Below are positions 56,580 through 64,000 of a DNA stretch of 64,000 bases, piece by piece (positions within the stretch are counted from its first letter, which is position 1; each line of letters starts with the position of its first letter). Origin of the DNA: Gaiellales bacterium (GTDB lineage Bacteria > Actinomycetota > Thermoleophilia > RBG-16-64-13); NCBI GenBank assembly GCA_012719395.1, contig JAAYAL010000025.1, positions 8,558 through 72,557 on the forward strand. The letters run 5' to 3'. The notes under the pieces were generated by a model. The model worked only from the letters and a program-made list of their open reading frames with translations. It was not told the DNA's origin and ran no database searches. The position numbers were made by a program, and so were the translations under genes.

Positions 56580-58238
56580 ATGAAACAATTGCTCATCACC
56601 GCCGACGCCGGCGAGGCGCGCGCCGCCATCCTGGAGCAAGGCAAGCTGACCGAACTGTACGTGGAGCGTAGCGACCGGCGATCGTTGGTGGGCAACATCT
56701 ACAAAGGTCGCGTGGTCAACGTCCTGCCGGGGATGGACGCGGCCTTTGTGGACATTGGCCTGGAGAAGAACGGCTTTCTCTACGTGGATGAGGTCGTTCG
56801 TCCGGACGATCCGGAGGCGAAGGGGAAGAAGATCACGCAGCTCCTGAAGACCGGCCAGGAGATTGTGGTGCAAGTGGTCAAGGATGCCATGGGCGTCAAA
56901 GGCGCCAGACTGACCACCGAGCTTAGCATCGCCGGACGCTATCTGGTATTCGTCCCCGGGGCCACCATGTACGGAGTGTCGCGCAAGCTGCCCGACGAGG
57001 AACGGCAGCGTCTGCGCAAGATCTGCCAGGAAGTGAAGCCGGAGAAGGGTGGTGTGATCATCCGTACCGCTGCTGAGGGCGTGTCGGAGAAGGCGGTCAC
57101 TCGGGACCTGCGTTTCCTGGAGAAACTGTGGGCCACTGTGCAGAAACGCCTGGAGCTCAACGTGTCCAATATCCTCTACTCCGAGGCCGACTTGGCCATC
57201 AAGGTCGTCCGCGACGAGTTCACGGAAGAGATCGGCCAGGTGCTGGTGGACGACGAGGGATTGCAGAAGCGTATCGTCAACTTCCTACAGACCACAACGC
57301 CGGAGATGATCGAGCGCGTGCAGCTCTACCAGGGGAGCCGGCCCTTGTTCGAGACCTATGGGATCGAGGCGGAGATCAAGCGCTCGTTGGGTCGTCGTGC
57401 TGACCTGCCTTCCGGCGGCTACCTCATCATCGATCACACCGAGGCCTTGACGGTCATCGACGTCAACAGCGGGCGCTACGTGGGCCGGCGTCATCTGGAG
57501 GACACCATCGTCCAGACCAACCTGGAGGCCTGCCGCGAGGTGGTGCGCCAACTGCGCATCCGGGATATCGGCGGGATCATCGTCATCGACTTCATAGACA
57601 TGAATCGCCGGGAGAACCGCGAGCAGGTTGTCAACACGCTGGAGAGCGAGCTGGCCAGGGACCGCACCAAGACCTACGTGGTGGAACTGTCACCGCTGGG
57701 GCTGGTGGAGATGACCCGACAGAACGTGACGGACGGCATCCGCGGCATCATGACCCGGGTGTGCCCTGGTTGCGGGGGGGAGGGCAGGCTCCTGTCGGCG
57801 GAGAGCATTGCCATAGAGGTGGAGCGGAAGCTGCGTCTGATGGCCGCTGAGAACCAGACCGAGGCATTCTTGGTGGAGGTACATCCGGAGGTGGCCGGGC
57901 TGTTCGTGGCGGACGGCGGGCGTAGGGCGCAGCGGCTGGGAGAGGAGACGCAGAGGCTCTTCGTGTTTGAGGGGGTTGACTACCTGGGGCGGGAGGAGCT
58001 CAGCATCGCGGCGGAGGGCAGCCGGGAGGTCATCACTCGCGCTGCTCTGCCTGTGACGCAGGGACAGCAGCTGGATGTCACCATCTCTGAACGCAACACC
58101 TACGAGAGCCGGGACGGCGTGGCGAGGTTGGGCGGCTACGCGATAGTTGTGTTTGGCGCGGGTGAGCTGGTGGGGAGGAAGGTCTCCGTGGTGATCGATC
58201 GAGTGTCACGCAATTGCGCGTACGCCCGGCGTGCGTGA
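56580..58238 (+). CDS. rng: ribonuclease E/G family (RNase G-sized)
   Basis: S1 domain 'GNIYKGRVVNVLPGMDAAFVDIG', DNase I-like core 'IIDHTEALTVIDVNSG'. Confidence 0.85.
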   Translation: MKQLLITADAGEARAAILEQGKLTELYVERSDRRSLVGNIYKGRVVNVLPGMDAAFVDIGLEKNGFLYVDEVVRPDDPEAKGKKITQLLKTGQEIVVQVVKDAMGVKGARLTTELSIAGRYLVFVPGATMYGVSRKLPDEERQRLRKICQEVKPEKGGVIIRTAAEGVSEKAVTRDLRFLEKLWATVQKRLELNVSNILYSEADLAIKVVRDEFTEEIGQVLVDDEGLQKRIVNFLQTTTPEMIERVQLYQGSRPLFETYGIEAEIKRSLGRRADLPSGGYLIIDHTEALTVIDVNSGRYVGRRHLEDTIVQTNLEACREVVRQLRIRDIGGIIVIDFIDMNRRENREQVVNTLESELARDRTKTYVVELSPLGLVEMTRQNVTDGIRGIMTRVCPGCGGEGRLLSAESIAIEVERKLRLMAAENQTEAFLVEVHPEVAGLFVADGGRRAQRLGEETQRLFVFEGVDYLGREELSIAAEGSREVITRAALPVTQGQQLDVTISERNTYESRDGVARLGGYAIVVFGAGELVGRKVSVVIDRVSRNCAYARRA

Positions 58239-58597
58239 GACGGCACCGGCCTACGATGTGGGATGCGCCTTGTCGAGCGAGAGGTGGGAGGCCGTGAGCC
58301 GCTGAGGATTCCCTCAGACCCTCGATCTAGAGCAGTCTCGCCATGCCCCTCTCCCGTGTCTCGTGATCGGTCTCCTGCAAATATGCGGAGTGGGTGGATG
58401 GAAAGCGAGAGAAAGCTCCGAGGGGAACCGAGTACCTGCTCAGCTGAGGCAACGAATCGATTGCAGGTGCTTTTTGGGTGAGGCAACGCGCTTGGTGGCG
58501 GACTGACGTGAGGGTTGCTATACTTCCTCGTCCGCGGCACACGTCAGAATGCGCGGAGCAATGCCGCGTGTATGGCCATAAGCGAGGAGATTCGGGA

Positions 58598-58894
58598 ATG
58601 TTTGCCATCGTCGACATCGGCGGGAAGCAGTATCGCGCTGAGGAGGGTTGTCAGCTGGTGGTTGACCGCTTTGATGCCGCCGAGGGCTCCACGGTAGAGC
58701 TCAAACCGGTGCTGGTCAAAGCAGATGACGGTCTTCGGCTGGAGGCGGGAGACACCAAGGTGACGGCCACGGTCGTTGAACACCTGCGGGGACCCCGGCT
58801 CGTCGTGTTCAAGTACAAGCCCAAGCGGGGCTATCGGCGTAAGAACGGGTTCCGTAGCGCGCTCACCCGCCTTGCGGTTGAAAAGATAGGCTAG
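58598..58894 (+). CDS. rplU: 50S ribosomal protein L21
   Basis: '[13 protein letters not shown]...KRGYRRKNG'. Confidence 0.9.
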   Translation: MFAIVDIGGKQYRAEEGCQLVVDRFDAAEGSTVELKPVLVKADDGLRLEAGDTKVTATVVEHLRGPRLVVFKYKPKRGYRRKNGFRSALTRLAVEKIG

Positions 58895-58907
58895 AGGGAG
58901 AGCGGCT

Positions 58908-59159
58908 ATGGCACACAAGAAAGGTGGCGGGAGCTCACGGAACGGGCGGGATTCCAACGCGCAGCGCCTGGGATGCAAGGCGTTCGGTGGGCAGGTTGTG
59001 ACCGCCGGCTCCATCTTGGTGCGGCAGCGCGGCACCCGGTTCCGTCCCGGTCTGAACGTGGGCATCGGCTCGGATGACACGCTGTTTGCGAAGATCGATG
59101 GGCTCGTGGTGTACTCTACGGGCAGAAAAGGGCGCCGCATCAGTATCGTCGCGGAGTAG
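58908..59159 (+). CDS. rpmA: 50S ribosomal protein L27
   Basis: '[22 protein letters not shown]'. Confidence 0.9.
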   Translation: MAHKKGGGSSRNGRDSNAQRLGCKAFGGQVVTAGSILVRQRGTRFRPGLNVGIGSDDTLFAKIDGLVVYSTGRKGRRISIVAE

Positions 59160-59230
59160 CCGGCAGGTCTTGGGGCCCCGCCGCCGGATGGGCTCCGGTT
59201 GCGGGGCTTTACCATGTCTGTAGGTCGCTG

Positions 59231-60646
59231 ATGTTCTACGATCGCGCCAAGATCAATGTCACCGCCGGGCGGGGAGGGAATGGGTGCGTCTCCTTCCGGC
59301 GGGAGAAGCACGTGCCCAGGGGTGGCCCGGACGGCGGCAGCGGCGGGGATGGTGGCAGCATCTGGATGGTGGCGGATCCTGGATTGCGAGATCTGCATCG
59401 GTTCACCGCCCAGATCCACTACCGCGCCGGTAACGGCCGGCATGGGGAAGGCGCCAATCGCCAGGGCGCCCGAGGGGAGGACGTGCTCATCTCCGTGCCC
59501 TTAGGTACCCAGGTGCTCAGCTTGGAGGAACAGGTACTCGCGGATATGACTGAGCCGGGGCAGCGGATGCTGGTGGCCAGGGGCGGCCGTGGCGGCAACG
59601 GCAATTCCACCTTCGTCTCGGCCACGCGCCAGGTTCCCCGCTTTGCCGAGTACGGGGAGGAGGGGGAGAGCCAGTGGCTGGTGCTCAACCTGCGGCTCAT
59701 GGCCGACGTGGGTCTGGCCGGCCTACCCAACGCGGGCAAGTCCATGCTGCTGCGGCGCATCTCCAACGCCAAGCCCAAAGTGGCCGACTACCCCTTCACC
59801 ACGCTGGAGCCCATGCTGGGTGTGGTGGAGCGTCCCGAAGAGGGACTGCTCTACACGGTGGCAGACATCCCCGGTCTCCTGGAGGGCGCCAGCGAAGGCG
59901 TGGGCTTGGGGCACCAGTTCTTGGCCCACCTGGAACGGTGCAGCCTGCTGCTTCACGTGGTGGACGTGACCGGCTACTACGGGGACGCGGCGCTCGACAA
60001 CTTCCGCGTCATCCTGGGTGAATTGGATGCGCACACGCCGGAGTTTGGTCGCAAGCCGCAACTGGTGGCGCTCAACAAATGCGATGCCGTGACGGAAGAG
60101 GTGGCAGACGAGCGGCGGGCGGAGTTGCTTGAGGAATTGGGGCGTCTGCGCCGGGCCGGGCACCCGGCCTTCAGTTGGGAACTGAGGGAGGAGCAGCCGC
60201 CGCTGGCAGACCTGGTAATGACCGTCTCGGCGGCTACCGGCAGGGGTGTCGCCTCGCTGGTACGCCGTATGGGCGAAGTGCTGTCTGCACTGCCCCAGCC
60301 TCCCGCGGGGGCGACCGGCCAGGCCGGCGTTGACGCTGTGGGCGTGGAGGAGCACGCGGGCGGGCGTGATCCTCAAGTGGAGCTTTCGGCCGGTGGCCGC
60401 CACGTGGTCTATCGGCCGCGCGGGCGGCACGCCCCTTTCTCAGTCCGTCTGGAGGAAGGGGTGTTCGTCGTGGAGGGCGAGGCGGTGGCGAGCCTGGTCC
60501 GGCGCACAGATCTGGCCAACGAGGAGGCCGTGCGCTACCTTGATATGCGGCTCACCCGGCTGGGGATTGACGAAGCGCTGAGGCAGGCGGGAGCGGTCCC
60601 CGGGGATGAGGTGCGGATCGCGGGATACAGCTTTGATTTCGAGTGA
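59231..60646 (+). CDS. obg: GTPase Obg/CgtA with C-terminal Obg_CT domain
   Basis: Gly-rich Obg fold 'GGNGCVSFRREK', G1 'GLPNAGKS', C-terminal DUF1967-like region. Confidence 0.9.
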   Translation: MFYDRAKINVTAGRGGNGCVSFRREKHVPRGGPDGGSGGDGGSIWMVADPGLRDLHRFTAQIHYRAGNGRHGEGANRQGARGEDVLISVPLGTQVLSLEEQVLADMTEPGQRMLVARGGRGGNGNSTFVSATRQVPRFAEYGEEGESQWLVLNLRLMADVGLAGLPNAGKSMLLRRISNAKPKVADYPFTTLEPMLGVVERPEEGLLYTVADIPGLLEGASEGVGLGHQFLAHLERCSLLLHVVDVTGYYGDAALDNFRVILGELDAHTPEFGRKPQLVALNKCDAVTEEVADERRAELLEELGRLRRAGHPAFSWELREEQPPLADLVMTVSAATGRGVASLVRRMGEVLSALPQPPAGATGQAGVDAVGVEEHAGGRDPQVELSAGGRHVVYRPRGRHAPFSVRLEEGVFVVEGEAVASLVRRTDLANEEAVRYLDMRLTRLGIDEALRQAGAVPGDEVRIAGYSFDFE

Positions 60647-60662
60647 CGTAGGAGAAGCGGCG

Positions 60663-61772
60663 GTGGCGGGCAGGCAGTCGAGGTTCACGGTTGTGGTCAA
60701 GATGGGATCCAGCACGCTCACGGACGAGCGCGGCAAGTTCCGGCTTGGCCCCATGGCGGGCAGGGTGGCGGAGATCTGCGATCTGCATCGCCGCGGCCAT
60801 CACGTGGTGCTGGTATCGAGCGGGGCCGTGTCTTCGGGCATTGGACCGCTTGGGCTCAGCACTCGGCCTGCTGAGATAGATGAGCTGCAGGCAGCGGCCG
60901 CCGTGGGTCAGGGACGCCTGTTCCACGCTTACAGCGAGCTGTTCGGGCACGAGGAAGTGGTCACGGCCCAAGTCCTGCTGACCGCACCGGACTTCGCCTC
61001 GCGTCACAGCTACCTCAACGCCCGCAACACGCTTAACAAGCTGTTGGAGTGGCGGGTGGTACCCATCGTGAACGAGAATGACACCACTTCCACCGATGAG
61101 CTGTGTTTCGGTGACAACGACATGCTTGCCGCACAGGTTGCTCTTCTCATCAAAGCCGATCTCCTTGTCCTGCTCACCGACACCGAGGGCCTTTATACGG
61201 CCAACCCCGCCGAGGATCCCAAGGCTCGGCTCATCAAGGAGGTCAGGGACTTCGCGGAGCTCGAGGACATCTCCACCGACTCCCGCAACGTGCTGGGTCG
61301 GGGAGGGATGGCCAGCAAGGTGCGGGCGGCCAAGGTGGCCACCAGCGGGGGCGTCAAGGCGACCATCGCCCGGGGGTCACGCCCGGGGGTGATCACCGCC
61401 TGCGTGGGTGGCGAAGACGTGGGGACGCGGTTCCTGCCCCGCGACCTCAACCTGGGCGCCTTCAAGCTCTGGCTTCTGTATGGCAAGCCGGTGAGTGGCA
61501 GGATACAGGTGGATGCCGGTGCCGCTCGCGCCATCCTCTGCGACAGTTCTTTGTTGCCGGTGGGGGTGGTGGCGGTGGACGGGGATTTCCAGGCCGGGGA
61601 TGCCGTAAGCGTGGTTGACGAGAGCGGGAAGGAACTGGCGCGCGGGTTGTGCGACTACTCCTCCAGTGAACTGAACCAAGTGAAGGGCTTGCGCAGCACG
61701 GATGTGGCCGCGGTGCTGCCGCAGGCGGCTCCCGACGCCATTCACAGGGACTGCCTGGTTCTGGTGGAGTAG
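60663..61772 (+). CDS. proB: glutamate 5-kinase with PUA domain
   Basis: GTG eight nt after AGGAG. 'VVKMGSSTLT' AAK fold. C-terminal PUA. Confidence 0.85.
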   Translation: MAGRQSRFTVVVKMGSSTLTDERGKFRLGPMAGRVAEICDLHRRGHHVVLVSSGAVSSGIGPLGLSTRPAEIDELQAAAAVGQGRLFHAYSELFGHEEVVTAQVLLTAPDFASRHSYLNARNTLNKLLEWRVVPIVNENDTTSTDELCFGDNDMLAAQVALLIKADLLVLLTDTEGLYTANPAEDPKARLIKEVRDFAELEDISTDSRNVLGRGGMASKVRAAKVATSGGVKATIARGSRPGVITACVGGEDVGTRFLPRDLNLGAFKLWLLYGKPVSGRIQVDAGAARAILCDSSLLPVGVVAVDGDFQAGDAVSVVDESGKELARGLCDYSSSELNQVKGLRSTDVAAVLPQAAPDAIHRDCLVLVE

Positions 61773-61806
61773 TATTGTTCCCGGGCCATCCGGGAGGGAG
61801 GGGCGC

Positions 61807-63057
61807 GTGGACGTACGCAAACTCGCGGTGGACGCGAAGCTGGCCTCTCGGCGGCTGGCGGCGGCCACGTCGACGGAGAAGAACCAGGCTCTGCTCTTGA
61901 TGGCAGACGCGCTGGAGCGCCGTATGGTGGAGGTGCTGCAGGAGAACGTGCAGGACGTGGCAGCGGGTCGAAAGAAGCCATTGTCCGCCGTGCAGATAGA
62001 CACCCTCCTCCTGGATGAGCATCGGCTGGAAGTTGTGACCCGGGAACTGCGCACACTGGCCTCCATGCCGGACCCGGTGGGCGAAGTCGTCCGGGGCTGG
62101 ATCACCACGGACGGCCTGCGCATTGAGAAGCGGCGAGTGCCGTTCGGCGTGATCACTGTGGCCTATGAAGCCCGCCCCTCCGTCACCGTGGACGCGGCCG
62201 CCCTGTGTGTCAAGACGGGGAACGCGGTGATCCTGTGTGGTGGGGTGGACTCCTTTGCCAGCAACCGCATCCTCACGGAGGTTCTGACCGGCGCTGTGCT
62301 GGAAGCGGGGCTGCCGCGCGCCTCGGTCCAGTTTCTGGCCTCCAAGGACCGGGCGGATCTGGCCGAGCTCCTCACGCAGGAGGATGCCGTGGATCTGGTT
62401 GTGCCGCGGGGCGGCGAGCTGGCTCGCTTCGTGGTGGAGAACACGCATATCCCGGTCATCACCGCCGCCGGCGGCAACTGCCACGTCTACGTGGACCGCG
62501 CGGCAGAGCTCAATCAGGCGCTGGCCATCGCCATCAACTCCAAGGTGGCGCGCCCGGGGGTCCCCAACGCCGCTGAGACGCTGCTGGTTCACGAAGCGGT
62601 GGCGGAGGCCTTCCTGCCGCGCATCATCAAGGAGTTGCAGGATCGCAAGGTCAAGGTATACGCCTGTGAGTTGACGCGGACCATTCTGGGAGAACTGGGC
62701 CACCAACTGGAGGAAGCCACGGATGGTCATTGGGCCTCGGAATTCCAGGCTATGGAGATGGCCGTGAAAGTCGTGAAGAGCTTGGCGGAGGCGGTGGAGC
62801 ACATCGGCCGGTACGGCACGGGCCACTCGGAGGCCATCGTTACCCGGGACTTGGAGGCCAGCACGCGTTTCGTGGATGAGGTGGACGCGGCTACCGTCTA
62901 CGTGAACGCCTCCACGCGCTTCACCGAGGGTGCGGCACTGGGGTTGGGCGGCGAGATCGGCGTGTCCACGCAGAAGCTGCACGCCCGGGGCCCGCTCTCG
63001 CTCCGTGAGCTGACCACGGTGAAATACGTGATCACGGGAAGTGGGCACACGCGCTAG
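61807..63057 (+). CDS. proA: gamma-glutamyl phosphate reductase
   Basis: ALDH fold, 'NASTRFTEG' catalytic Cys region equivalent. Confidence 0.85.
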   Translation: MDVRKLAVDAKLASRRLAAATSTEKNQALLLMADALERRMVEVLQENVQDVAAGRKKPLSAVQIDTLLLDEHRLEVVTRELRTLASMPDPVGEVVRGWITTDGLRIEKRRVPFGVITVAYEARPSVTVDAAALCVKTGNAVILCGGVDSFASNRILTEVLTGAVLEAGLPRASVQFLASKDRADLAELLTQEDAVDLVVPRGGELARFVVENTHIPVITAAGGNCHVYVDRAAELNQALAIAINSKVARPGVPNAAETLLVHEAVAEAFLPRIIKELQDRKVKVYACELTRTILGELGHQLEEATDGHWASEFQAMEMAVKVVKSLAEAVEHIGRYGTGHSEAIVTRDLEASTRFVDEVDAATVYVNASTRFTEGAALGLGGEIGVSTQKLHARGPLSLRELTTVKYVITGSGHTR

Positions 63058-63106
63058 AAGCGCGGTCGCCATGGATGCGCTCGACCTCCTGGGGGGCAGG
63101 CCACAG

Positions 63107-63751
63107 ATGCGGTTGGGCGTCATGGGCGGGACGTTCGACCCGGTGCATGTGGGGCACATGGTGGCTGCCGAGGAGTCACTGCATCAGTTGGCTCTGGACG
63201 AGATCGTCTTCATGCCCACGGGTACGCCGCCGCACAAGCAACGCCGTCTTACCCCACCGGAGCTGCGCTACCTCATGCTGCACGCGGCCACCGCGGGGCA
63301 TCCGCACTTCTGGGTCTCCCGCTACGAGATGGACAATGTGCGCATGGATTACACCGTCGACACGATGACCGACCTGCGCGCCCTGCTGCCCGGGACGGAG
63401 CTGTTCTTCATCACCGGGGCGGACGCGGTCTTGGAGATACTCACCTGGAAGGAACCCGAACGGCTGCTGGGCCTCTGTACTGTCGTCGCCGTCACCAGGC
63501 CCGGGTACGATCTGGGACAACTGTCTCAGGTTCTGGCCGGTCTGAGTGGGCGAGACAGCGTGATGACCATAGAGATACCGGCGTTGGCAGTGTCCTCCAC
63601 CATGATCCGCAAGAAGGTGGCGGCGGGAGGCAGCATCCGCTTCCTGGTCCCGGACGGAGTGGCGGAGTTGATCGATAAGTTTTGCCTGTACAGGAAAACC
63701 TCTTCCGCGGAAGGGCACTGCAGTGGCGGCGGCGTCGGGGCGGGGGCGTGA
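63107..63751 (+). CDS. nadD: nicotinate-nucleotide adenylyltransferase
   Basis: 'GVMGGTFDPVHVGH' (H/T)xGH motif. Alternative ATG at 63071. Confidence 0.8.
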   Translation: MRLGVMGGTFDPVHVGHMVAAEESLHQLALDEIVFMPTGTPPHKQRRLTPPELRYLMLHAATAGHPHFWVSRYEMDNVRMDYTVDTMTDLRALLPGTELFFITGADAVLEILTWKEPERLLGLCTVVAVTRPGYDLGQLSQVLAGLSGRDSVMTIEIPALAVSSTMIRKKVAAGGSIRFLVPDGVAELIDKFCLYRKTSSAEGHCSGGGVGAGA

Positions 63752-64000
63752 GCCGGACTCCTGCCGGAGCCCGGGGACGCAGTGGTTCCCGTACGGCACG
63801 TGCCGCTGTGTTGCGCGCACGGCGCCGTCGGCGGGTGCGCAACGTCGCTGCCGTGATGGTGGCGGTCGCCGTGATGGTGGCGGGGGCCGTGCTCTTGGTG
63901 CAGGCTCTGAGTCGCCACCGTGATTCTGCGCCTTCTGCCGGGAGCACGTCTACCGCGGCGGTCGGCGGCGCGCCCTCGTCGGAGATCGGCACGCTGATAG
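63748..64000 (+). CDS. partial CDS (5' end only): Arg-rich N-terminus plus TM helix, possibly LCP/LytR-family or other membrane-anchored protein
   Basis: GTG overlaps the nadD stop. 'VMVAVAVMVAGAVLLV' TM. Open to the window end. Confidence 0.3.
   Translation, partial: MSRTPAGARGRSGSRTARAAVLRARRRRRVRNVAAVMVAVAVMVAGAVLLVQALSRHRDSAPSAGSTSTAAVGGAPSSEIGTLI

Overview
The window is a 64 kb high-GC (~68-70%) bacterial chromosome segment. Gene order is Actinobacteria-like (tig-clpP-clpX-lon-valS-folC-ndk-maf-mreBCD-mrdA-rodA ... rng-rplU-rpmA-obg-proB-proA-nadD) and ribosome-binding sites are GGAGG-type. The right half (35-64 kb) is conserved housekeeping. The left half is accessory-like and contains the following:
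- (a) A histidine kinase plus a REC-TPR response regulator, translationally coupled to ortA-ortB (2-amino-4-ketopentanoate thiolase) and a PLP racemase.
- (b) A tmRNA gene followed by a compositionally foreign islet with an IS3 orfA stub and a low-GC lipoprotein metallophosphoesterase.
- (c) An ADP-forming acetyl-CoA synthetase coupled to a DUF185 methyltransferase.
- (d) A peptidoglycan-hydrolase cluster (CHRD, amidase, NlpC/P60) and an orphan pilT.
- (e) A tandem pair of WYL regulators (PafB/PafC-like) divergent from an AddAB/AdnAB-like helicase-nuclease operon in which both subunits carry Fe-S-type cysteine motifs.
- (f) An ECF sigma factor, a ZAS anti-sigma factor and a STAS antagonist around a tRNA-Pro.
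- (g) A five-tRNA cluster.
No CRISPR array, intact transposon or prophage was seen. I do not see a complete system that is unambiguously novel. The candidates most worth a second look are the PafBC-like/AddAB-like locus, the two-component/ortAB/racemase operon, the tmRNA-adjacent islet, a maf gene with no canonical start codon in frame behind ndk, and a frameshifted small ORF. Domain calls are from memory of family signatures, not from searches.
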